A stretch of 63,188 bases of DNA, the filler included, from Octopus bimaculoides (Eukaryota), in the NCBI RefSeq assembly GCF_001194135.2. It is 5 parts of 4 records of this genome, joined end to end, with 100 filler letters (N's around TTAATTAATTAA, not from the genome) between each part and the next. Parts side by side here need not be neighbours in the genome. Positions count along the whole stretch, not along the records: positions 52,146 to 63,188 come from NC_068981.1; 4 more parts are not named here. One strand, 5' to 3'. The translations under genes were made by a program, and so were the position numbers. The notes beneath the pieces are model-generated. The model made no database searches. It was not told the origin of the DNA and was given only the letters and a program-made list of their open reading frames with translations. Of this stretch, positions 53,099 through 63,188 are shown in pieces. Position 1 is the first letter of the stretch. Each line of letters starts with the position of its first letter.

Positions 53099-53758
53099 NN
53101 NNNNNNNNNNNNNNNNNNNNNNNNNNNNNNNNNNNNNNNNNNNNNNNNNNNNNNNNNNNNNNNNNNNNNNNNNNNNNNNNNNNNNNNNNNNNNNNNNNNN
53201 NNNNNNNNNNNNNNNNNNNNNNNNNNNNNNNNNNNNNNNNNNNNNNNNNNNNNNNNNNNNNNNNNNNNNNNNNNNNNNNNNNNNNNNNNNNNNNNNNNNN
53301 NNNNNNNNNNNNNNNNNNNNNNNNNNNNNNNNNNNNNNNNNNNNNNNNNNNNNNNNNNNNNNNNNNNNNNNNNNNNNNNNNNNNNNNNNNNNNNNNNNNN
53401 NNNNNNNNNNNNNNNNNNNNNNNNNNNNNNNNNNNNNNNNNNNNNNNNNNNNNNNNNNNNNNNNNNNNNNNNNNNNNNNNNNNNNNNNNNNNNNNNNNNN
53501 NNNNNNNNNNNNNNNNNNNNNNNNNNNNNNNNNNNNNNNNNNNNNNNNNNNNNNNNNNNNNNNNNNNNNNNNNNNNNNNNNNNNNNNNNNNNNNNNNNNN
53601 NNNNNNTTTCCTTTTCTCTCTTTTTTTTCTTTCCTTTTCTTTTTGCCAGTTCTAAACTTGGAATTCGAAGACTGGTGATGTCATTCCATCAACTGGTTGC
53701 GCTCGTTCATATTTTGGATTTGAATTGCTATAAATTTGAATTTTTATCACTTTTCATT

Positions 53759-53801
53759 TTGAACTCGACAAAGACACGCTAGCTGTCGAAATATCGTTCA
53801 A
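53759..53801 (+). ncRNA. Degenerate minimal hammerhead-like motif
   Basis: TTGAAC-TCGACAAA-GACA(CGCTAGC)TGTC-GAAAT-ATC-GTTCAA: stems I and II pair, core differs from CTGACGAA at 3 positions; AATAAA follows. Confidence 0.25.
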
Positions 53802-53980
53802 CCAATAAAATATCGCAATCGTATCGCGCTCTTCCTATTGTCTAATAATAATAATAATAATAATAATGATAATAATAATAATAATGATGATGATGATGAT
53901 GATGATAATAATCGTAAAGAAAGGTGACGAAAAACAAAAAATAAGACCGAATCTGAGCCATACCAAAATAATAATGAGTA

Positions 53981-54640
53981 ATGATTCCTTTATTAACCAC
54001 TAAGGGTTTACATAAAGGTCGAAGATGGTACAGGATAATACAATGGGGGTTACAGGAAATATTAGAAAAAAAAAAAGAAATAAAAGAGATTCAAGTAAGA
54101 AACAATTCCCGAAAAGCGGATAAATTTCCAATGCCTGCTCATGGAACCCCAACAAAAACACAGTGACTTTGATCACTAGGACAAATGATCCTTGCCTATC
54201 CTTTTCCCTCAATGTGCAGACACGTGCCCAAAGCAGGCCCGTTTGGACCATCCTTGCCACTCATCCAACAAATTTGCTGGAAGGAGCACTTCCCTCTTCA
54301 TTTTCACTTACCTTTTCAAATGAAAGTTGAAAAAGTTGATGCGGGCCTGGCTAAAGAGGGAAGAGTCTGTCTCCAAAAACGTCCAGTCTAATTCACCACA
54401 CAATGTCTTTCGCTCAGGTCACTATAGACAAATAAACACTGCCCTTTTCTTTCCAGCCAAAGAAAGGTAACGAGGCGATCTTCCCAATGTACTCAACCGA
54501 TATCCAGATCCGTCCTACAGGTGACAGCGGGTGTTCGACATAAACCTACAAATCAACAATGCTCGAGGACTGGACGAGTGAGTGCAGAACAGTTTCATCG
54601 CTCTGCACGCATCTCGAGCAGGCCTGGCTGACAGCGCATC
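53981..54640 (-). mobile_element. Tx1-like LINE 3' part (downstream of the hAT insertion)
   Basis: Reverse complement aligns with 33120..33615 and 48790..48890 (FNFHLKR*VKMKREVL). Confidence 0.8.
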
Positions 54641-54908
54641 CAGTGGTTCTTAACCTTTTTGCTACCACGCCTCCCTTAGGAATTTGTCCTTCTCTCCACG
54701 CCTCCCTTGCATCTATAAATAAAATTCACTCCTAGATTTTAAATAAAATCTAAAATATGTTTTTAGTCTTTTTATCGAATATGAATTAGTCACATTATAA
54801 AAAATACGTATAATTTTATATATAATCACATTATAAAAGAAGTGAGATACTTGAAACTGCTTCTTAGTAAGAAAAGTTTTTTTTATAGAATATGAACTAG
54901 TCACATTA

Positions 54909-55142
54909 TTAGTGCTTCTTAGCTACAAGATCTTTAATGCGTGGTTTAATGCCAGAAAGTGCACAACATAAATCCCTTTCAACGTTCAGCCTGTTTCTGT
55001 ACCTGGTCTTGATAGCAACGAGCGTGGAAAATGCAGCTTCACAAAGATACATGGATTCAAACGCAGCTAAAATCCGAAGAGCCTGATGTGAGATCAGAGG
55101 GTAAACAGGAAAGTACTTGATTCAGAACATTTCAAGATCCAT
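54909..55142 (-). pseudogene. hAT transposase C-terminal dimerization-domain relic (Charlie/FAM200/ZBED8-like)
   Basis: MDLEMF*IKYFPVYPLISHQALRILAAFESMYLCEAAFSTLVAIKTRYRNRLNVERDLCCALSGIKPRIKDLVAKKH*. Confidence 0.85.
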
Positions 55143-55669
55143 TTTAGTAGGTAAGTTTCTGAATTCTAAGGCTTCACTATGAAGTATGCAGTGTGTATCT
55201 ACAACTTTCTATAAAAAAGAAAAGATTTTGTATAGCTTTTGGTTTTACCTAGAACTTTCTGTAATATTTAAATCTGAATTTTAGTTACAAAAAATTTTAC
55301 TGTATTTTTAACATAAACATTTAATATTAAAAATTTTGGTTTATTGTTAAAAATTTTTATTTTTCCAATCTGTGTTTTAATTTTTTTGGAGACTTTATTA
55401 AATTGAGCTATAGTAGAACCTGTTAGATACTTTTTGTTTTATTTCCTTTTTAAATATATCATACTTTTCCCCTTGCTAAAATTTAAAAATAGTTTTCAAT
55501 TTGTTAAATTAAGTTAATATTTCTTAGTATGTTACTATAATGATTTGATAATGTTTCAGTATGTCCCTTGATTTTTAAGAATCACATTATTTTATATATA
55601 TGAAAAGTGTGCATCAAACTTATTTATAATCTATTAACTGAAAAAGATATTTGTCATTACACGATAGTA

Positions 55670-56945
55670 TTAGGTTGATCTAAAAATAATGGCCGCTCTG
55701 TGTTGTTTTGAAACGCAATTTTATCATAGTATTTTAATTACATTTTAGGTGAATTTCGACAGAATTAATAACTGATGAATGCTTTTTAATAATTTTCTAC
55801 TTATTTCAGACAGAAAACATTCTTGAAGTATGGGCGCCCTTAATTATGAACATTACGGAAAAGGAACTTCGTTTACTTTTCTTGCATGAGTTCAAGCTTG
55901 GCAACAATGCCTCCCAAACTGTTGCCAATATCAACAGAGCATGGGTCGCGGGGTCCACAAGTGATCGCACAGTACGAAGGTGATTTCAGAAATTCCGTAG
56001 TAGTGATGAGAGCTTTGAAGATGAAGAAGGTAGAAGACGGTCATGCAGTCTTGACAATGAACAATTGAAAGCAATTGTTGAAAAAAACCCACGTCAAAGT
56101 GTCATAGAAATGTCTCAGGCACTTGGTGTCGGTATTGCAACGGTCTCACGCAATCTGCAGAAGATTGGTAAGGTGAAAAAGCTCGATAAATGGGTACCGC
56201 ATGAGCTCAATGAAAATCAAAAAGTTCGGCGTTTTGAAGTGGGCTCGATGCTCTTTCTGCGAAACACTAATGATCTTTTTCTTGACCGAATAGTCACTTG
56301 TGACGAAAAGTGGATCCTTTATGATAACCGTAAACGGCCAGGTCAATGGCTTGCTCGTGATGAGTCTCCCAAACATTTTCCAAAGCCAAAGTTGCATCAG
56401 CAAAATATGGTGATTGTCTGGTGGTCTACAATTGGTGTGTACATTACAGCTTTCTGGCAGCCAATCAGAGCATTACAGCAGAGGCTTACTGCAATCAACT
56501 CGCTGATATGCATGCTCACTTGCAAAAAATGAGACCTGCATTGGTGAATCAGCGTGGCCCAATTCTGCTCCATGATAATGCAAAGCCACATGCTGCAAGA
56601 ATGACGCTGTAGAAACTCACAGATTTGGGATACAAAACTTTACCACATCCTCCATATTCTACTGATCTTTCACCCACTGACTACCATATTTTAAAGCATT
56701 TAAACACGTTTTTAAGTGATAAAACCTTCAGGTCCAAATCAGAGGTGGAATCAGCTATCAAAGATTTCTTAGCATCAGAGCCAATAAGTTTTTATCAACG
56801 AGGCATAAATAATCTCGTTGATCGATGGCAGAGATGCATAGATGTTCACAGCCCCTACTTTGACTAATCAAAATATTTCTATTGTTAATTTTTCCAGAAT
56901 GAAATTATGTTTCTAAAATCGTCCATTATTTTCGAAACAACGCAA
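55670..56945 (+). mobile_element. Full-length mariner element (1276 bp; cecropia/Hsmar1-like)
   Basis: Imperfect inverted termini (21/28 including the flanking TA), with TA at 55668-69 and 56946-47. Confidence 0.95.
55846..56867 (+). pseudogene. Mariner transposase, inactivated
   Basis: WVPHEL, TCDEKW, HDNAKPH and YSTDLSPTDY (D,D34D); TGA at 55981, frameshift near 56440, TAG at 56610. Confidence 0.95.
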
Positions 56946-57289
56946 TAGCAATAATATCTAAGCTTTATACCAGTGGTTCTTCACCTAAGTTTTGTAACAA
57001 AAAAAAAATGACTAAATAAAGGCAGTTCAGAATTAGTGAGAGTTTTTGTTTTGGGGTGGGGGTCAATAAATACAGAAAATGGTAAGCAGCGCTAAGATAG
57101 TAGAATAAGAAAACTAAAGATATACTTTTGCCTTTTTCATAAACTTCTCATTATTTGACCATGCTCTCGTTAAGAGAATAACAAATATAATTAGAGAAAT
57201 TCCTGCTTTTCTTCAAGGGATCGCGCCCGCCTTGGTAATTACTGACGCCACTCCCCAGGGGGATGCGCCCCTCAGGTTAAGAACCACTG

Positions 57290-57600
57290 CTGTAAAGTTT
57301 AACTCGAACCTGCAATGTACCCCGGCAGCACGCAGGGCGACAGATTTCTGGAAATTATCCGTGAGTTCTGACCAAAACGTCTTATGGAACAGACCAGCCA
57401 ATTGATTCCTATTGACCCTTAAAGTTTTCTCGAGAATGTCGTCGCTCTTGCACGCCACACCTGTAGAACGCCAAAGTGTACCTTCCACCGACTGCATTGC
57501 GCGACTGGCAGAGAGTTGTGAACGCCTGATGACACTCTAAGTGCCAGGCACCCTGCCTGGGTCAACGCTTGATCCAGAACTGCTGCTCATTCAAAAATAT
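57290..57600 (-). mobile_element. Tx1-like LINE part upstream of the hAT insertion
   Basis: SDDILEKTLRVNRNQLAGLFHKTF..DNFQKSVA matches 32955..33110; ends AAACTTTACAG exactly at the TIR. Confidence 0.8.
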
Positions 57601-58272
57601 ATTTTTGATTAGAACATGTAAAGAGAAACAGCTGTCAAGAAGTAATAATTTTATTCGGTTAAAACGTTCGATTTCAGTATGATAAGCAAAAATAGTATAT
57701 ATCCATATTTATTGTAAGCTGTTCTCTACAAATCTTCAGCTAATGAATGGGTAGGAAGTAGCAATTCGTGACATTCACCGACGCTTTCAAGATGTAGTCT
57801 CTCCGGTGCTTTCCAATAAGGAATTTTGAGGAGTAGGTTGTGATTTCCTCTTCAATTACAGGATCGAGGCTAAACCTCTCCCACCTTCACATTCCTACTG
57901 AGTTCGGCCTATTTGCATGGTATTCATGGATGGAACATCTAAGATCCGATTCTTCAAAAAAATCAACATCGTGGCAATTACCAACAGAAGTTTCTCTAGC
58001 GGGAACAGGATCCGTTTGAATTTCTGTGGAGCTTAGTCTTCTAGATGGTGTAATTTTTAGTGAATATTATCGATTCGACCATCTGGATATTTGATACAAG
58101 TATCCATAGAGTTGCATTTAGATGTTCCACTTGACTGTTTTCTGTAAGATGGTATGGAGTTGTTTTAGTTTGAGCAAAATTATTATTAAAAAAAAAATGT
58201 AAACATCTCTAGACATAAACGGATAGAAGCTAGAGCATTAAGCAATGAAAATACTTTGAAAGCATCAAGTTA

Positions 58273-58547
58273 CTGCGAAACACTAATGATCTTTTTCTTG
58301 ACCGAATAGTCACTTGTGACGAAAAGTGGATCCTTTATGATAACCGTAAACGGCCAGGTCAATGGCTTGCTCGTGATGAGTCTCCCAAACATTTTCCAAA
58401 GCCAAAGTTGCATCAGCAAAATATGGTGACTGTCTGGTGGTCTACAATTGGTGTGTACATTACAGCTTTCTGGCAGCCAATCAGAGCATTACAGCAGAGG
58501 CTTACTGCAATCAACTCGCTGATATGCATGCTCAGTTGCAAAAATGA
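58273..58547 (+). repeat. 275-bp near-identical duplicate of internal mariner segment 56257..56532
   Basis: By-eye alignment: 2 substitutions and one A-run indel; no TIR. Confidence 0.95.
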
Positions 58548-60106
58548 AATGAAAAAGATCTTGAGTATTCATCTCTGACTATAAACAAGTAGAGGTAAGA
58601 CCTATAAAATAGTACAGGACATTTGAAGTCGATACTGAAATATTCAAATTGTTATGTGGGGTTGTAGCATCGTGGTTTCAATCCTGAATATGTGACATGA
58701 GATGCTTCGTCACTAGTTTTATTTTTTGACATATTAAAAAAAGAAATGGCATCTTCTCAGATGAAACTCTTAATATTAAATAAACATTTATGTAAACGTG
58801 CGATTTTATGAAATGTTTTAGAGAAGCATCTGGTAAGAGTATCAGAAGCTGTTTTATATTCGCCGGTTCTGTGTCGGATGTCAGAATTATGAAGCAATAA
58901 CTTCTGTACCAACGAAGAATCATAATCGTTATTCGTTTTCTTTCTTCTTTTGTGGTTAGATTTGAATGAGATCGCTTCTTTATCAATGTGTCGTATAAAA
59001 TGACCTTAAAGTAAAAACTTCATTTCTGAACACTTTATGATAGGGTAGCCACCTTTTTAGCAATTTTGCTCCGAGTGTGAAATATTTGTGAAGATGAAAG
59101 TAATAGCTTTATTAATCATATATATATACATATATACACACATCTATATATGTATTATATATACATTTCTGTATATATATATATCCATCTGTTTATATAT
59201 ATATATAAAATGAATTGAACTTGTTCTCCTCTTTAAGTGTGAAAACCAGACAAAAACAAAATCAAACAAACAAACAATATAAATAAATAATTTAGCAAGA
59301 CATCATATATATATATGATGTCCTGCTAAATTATATATATATATATATATNNNNNNNNNNNNNNNNNNNNNNNNNNNNNNNNNNNNNNNNNNNNNNNNNN
59401 NNNNNNNNNNNNNNNNNNNNNNNNNNNNNNNNNNNNNNNNNNNNNNNNNNNNNNNNNNNNNNNNNNNNNNNNNNNNNNNNNNNNNNNNNNNNNNNNNNNN
59501 NNNNNNNNNNNNNNNNNNNNNNNNNNNNNNNNNNNNNNNNNNNNNNNNNNNNNNNNNNNNNNNNNNNNNNNNNNNNNNNNNNNNNNNNNNNNNNNNNNNN
59601 NNNNNNNNNNNNNNNNNNNNNNNNNNNNNNNNNNNNNNNNNNNNNNNNNNNNNNNNNNNNNNNNNNNNNNNNNNNNNNNNNNNNNNNNNNNNNNNNNTAT
59701 ATATACCAGACTAAAGAGGAATTAACAAGCCAAGCAGTGTCTTCAGTCTCGCATCTCTGCCAATACCGGCTAACAGAATGCAGAGATGGGCTAATTTTCC
59801 TCAAAAGAAGCTGTTCGATACAAACTGAAATTCCAGGGATAATTCATAGGTCATGAAGTATACTGTTCCAGTCCAAGAATGGAGGTGATGGTATTACATT
59901 TCTTCTTTCATTAGATCTTTGAACATTTTACTTTTTTTGGCCTTTGTCTGACGAGATGAATATGGATCACATGTAATATGTAGTAATATTGCACAACCAA
60001 TAAAGTTAATGTATCTGATCCATGTATTATTGAAACAATGAAAGAATATAATTTCATCATCTCCATTCTTAGACGTACACACGTGCGCGCGCTTATACAT
60101 GCGACG

Positions 60107-60345
60107 GCACTTGGACTAGTGGTAAGGGTGTTGCACTCGCGATAACGAAATCGTGATTTCAAATCCTGGACTGGGTGGTGCGTTGTGCCCTTCAGCGAAA
60201 CACTCCATCTCACGTCGCTCTGCAATCACTTCGGCACCTGACCTGTGGTACACCGTGCACCTGTTCAGGCAACGTTAATTTGATGGAAGGAGTGAGCTTA
60301 TGTAGAGCACATACATTTGATCTCTATAAACAAATCTTTGTTGTA
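60107..60345 (+). mobile_element. SINE family B-related copy
   Basis: TGGACTAGTGGTAAG A box, GATTTCAAATCC B box, GCGTTGTGCCCTTCAGCGAAACACT. Confidence 0.65.
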
Positions 60346-60399
60346 AGTTGTTCAGCAAGAAATAGCAGAATTGTCTTTCTCGGACTACGAGAGATTACT

Positions 60400-60438
<39 letters not shown>

Positions 60439-60553
60439 TCAATTCAAACAGGAACAAGCAAGAAAAAACACGAAAAAACATGAAAAGACAACGCAAAGAC
60501 GTGGAATAAGTACTGTGTTATTGGACGCTCAGGGAAGGAAAGAAAAGAAAGAG

Positions 60554-60590
60554 TATTTCACGTTTCGAGCGGAGCTCTTCATCAGAAATA
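60554..60590 (-). ncRNA. Minimal type I hammerhead-ribozyme-like motif, canonical core, G at cleavage position
   Basis: TATTT-CTGATGA-A-GAGC(TCC)GCTC-GAAAC-GTG-AAATA: stem I UAUUU/AAAUA, stem II GAGC/GCUC. Confidence 0.55.
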
Positions 60591-60649
60591 TAGGAAAAGT
60601 CCAAAGAAGGGAAGACAGAGAAAGAAAATCGCCAACGATGCACACGCGG

Positions 60650-60691
<42 letters not shown>

Positions 60692-60905
60692 NNNNNNNNN
60701 NNNNNNNNNNNNNNNNNNNNNNNNNNNNNNNNNNNNNNNNNNNNNNNNNNNNNNNNNNNNNNNNNNNNNNNNNNNNNNNNNNNNNNNNNNNNNNNNNNNN
60801 NNNNNNNNNNNNNNNNNNNNNNNNNNNNNNNNNNNNNNNNNNNNNNNNNNNNNNNNNNNNNNNNNNNNNNNNNNNNNNNNNNNNNNNNNNNNNNNNNNNN
60901 NNNNN

Positions 60906-60959
<54 letters not shown>

Positions 60960-61219
60960 CACACACACATACATACATACATGCATACATACATACTCAA
61001 CGAAGTTTATTATAGAAGGAATATAGTAGCATAATACAAGGTAGAGCTATGATCTCAGAGTCATTTCGGTCTTGACCGTTCTGTCATTTTAGGGATATAT
61101 AGGATTACAATATCTGATGTGCTTCATTATTTTTTTTTATGACTGGGGAATGTGATTTAATGGAAATTTGCCTGCTATTTATAGCTGGTCAGGCGGCTAC
61201 ATAGTGGATCTCTCGTTGG

Positions 61220-62017
61220 TTTGGCGCATGTTGAGCTTCTTTACAGCATACAATACTAACTTCAACTTCTCAGAGCCGCAATGGTGATCCTTAATCAGAT
61301 GTGTCACGACACCCATCTTTGTACATCACACATTGTTAGAATTGATTTACATGGGACAGAAGTCGATAGCCAGTCATTCTACTGTCGGAAACGTGCATAG
61401 TTTGTATCCCTCTATACCAACCATGTTCTTCCTAAGATCAAGATATCTAACTGTCCATAACCGAATCAATCCGTTTGTATACATGTTTTATGATGGTTGG
61501 ATTCAGTTCACCACTGTAGACATTGAGGATATTTTTAAGCGATAAGTTTTTTATACAGTCAAGTTTATGACAGAGAAGTTAGGAACATAAATCCCAACTT
61601 GTGGCTGAAGGAAGCAACGTGGTAAGTTAGCTAAGAATATCCTAATTTGGGTGAATAAACAAAAACTAAAACATTCGTGATGTCCCAAGAACATTTAATA
61701 ACGACTCATGTCATTTTTGTAATTTAGTAAAATAATAAGAAAATGCAGAATTAATATGAAGCATGAAATAAGTTAAAATATCTCACCCGCCAAATACCGC
61801 CGTTTTCTGAAATGAAAGGCACTCCATAATCGCTTTGTACTGAAGCTAGGGTTTGGAAAAAGATTTTATGATTTGGAAGTAAGCCATTTGCTTGCATTCG
61901 GTCGATTATTTCATTGGTTATATCTTTCCCAGCAGCGCCAACAATTAATAAATCTGCCGAAGATATGCATTGACAGAGCGGCATCCACACCAAAGAGAGA
62001 CCAAAAATGAAAAGCAT
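61220..62017 (-). pseudogene. Possible decayed secreted/membrane LRR-like gene
   Basis: 88-aa ORF 62017..61751 with signal-peptide-like start MLFIFGLSLVWMPLCQCISSA; downstream frame with VRYLDLRKN, VE*LAI, VTHLI and VKKLNM spaced 23, 25 and 21 codons, with stops. Confidence 0.33.
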
Positions 62018-62754
62018 TATTCCAGTTAATTTGGATGCTAAACACTTTAAAGAAACTCAATGCGGGTTCCACTCCTACCGTTTCTCATACGTCGTTCAGT
62101 AGTTGTATGTCGAGAAATTGTAGCTGACTGCAATATTTAAGCTGTCACAGGTCGAATAAATACCTGTGATTATCAACCTGTTGAAATCAGGAAATAATTT
62201 CTCCTTCATAAATAATTCAATAAAATTAGAATGTTTTCCTTCTATTAAAGGCAAAACGATATAACTCATCAGCTAACATAGCTGACTTGCGATATAGTCA
62301 AATTCTTTGCAAGGACATTTTTTTTGAGTTAATGTTTATTTTTATACTCTTCCCTCCATTACCGAATCATATATTCAAAAACTGACAACGTGACGGTATT
62401 ATAAAAGAATATCTTGTATTGAGGACATGAACATTTCTGTATAAAAACAAGTAAATAAATATATAATTAATAAAGCTAAGTAATTATAGCTAACCTCGTA
62501 AGCAGAACATAAATTTTATGAGATGACCAAGCGGATAATGAATGCAAATTCTATTTAATAAGGTCAGAGGAAATATGGGAAATATACCATTATGAGATCT
62601 AGTCATAAAAATATGTTTTGTTTTTGTCTGGAGATTTCTGGAGATCTTCGATTAAAAGGTTTTGGATTATGTAGTTCTGTTTTGAATTAAGATCAAAATA
62701 TGCGTATGATATTAAAATATGGTGGCTATCTATATATATAAAAATGAGAATGTG

Positions 62755-62793
<39 letters not shown>

Positions 62794-63067
62794 GTGTGTG
62801 AATCCCTAAAACTCGAGAACTACACAACCAATTTCATTCAAATTTTACACATGCCTTACTTAGGGTTCCAGTTGTGTTTTAGTCAAAAAAGTTTTTTAAC
62901 TTCCTGCACAGTTCGAGCACACGGCAACATAATATCTCTTCCACTATTTAAGTATTACGTGTCAAAAGTGAAACAAAAACACTCATGTCAAATACTTTCA
63001 CTTTAAAAATGAAACTATTCCACTAACTGAAACAATCACATTTCGATACTGTAATGACAGGTACTTT

Positions 63068-63142
63068 CAGAGAGAGAGAGAGAAAGAGAGAAAGAGAGAG
63101 AGAGAAAAGAGAGAGAGAGAGAAAAAAGAGAGAGAGAGAGAG
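63068..63142. repeat. (GA)n array
   Basis: Directly visible. Confidence 0.95.
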
Positions 63143-63188
63143 ATGTATATGTATACATATAGATGTATATGTACACGTATATGTATAT

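Larger units (their letters stand above)
54641..57289 (-). mobile_element. hAT/Charlie-type DNA transposon derivative
   Basis: TIRs CAGTGGTTCTTAACCT (54641) and AGGTTAAGAACCACTG (57289); Tx1 sequence resumes on both flanks; no intact 8-bp TSD. Confidence 0.8.

Noticed and set aside
55846-56867. Domesticated or active mariner (SETMAR-like)
   Set aside because: Two stops and a frameshift; no fused host exon.

Overview
Eukaryotic, AT-rich, gapped draft-assembly DNA dominated by microsatellites and decayed mobile elements. The repeat content suggests an octopus/cephalopod genome (inference, no search run). One host coding exon is well supported: minus strand 25325..26077, a low-complexity N-terminus ending in RIESALAWVRSEL at a phase-0 GTAAGT donor, which resembles the start of a FAM167/AARD-family domain. 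Its next exon was not found. The rest comprises several tRNA-derived SINE families, two decayed mariners, a Tx1-LINE > hAT > mariner nest, and further Tx1, CR1/Zenon-like, R4/Dong and CRE-like LINE relics. There is also a possible decayed signal-peptide/LRR gene near the right end. The most unusual signal is a set of short non-coding elements with minimal hammerhead-ribozyme folds whose stems covary between copies, one joined to a tRNA-like head. One SINE family also carries two alternative 3' tails, one resembling the Tx1 3' end. Nearly all ORF-track entries are microsatellite or N-gap artefacts. All family calls are by-eye motif recognition and repeat boundaries are approximate.
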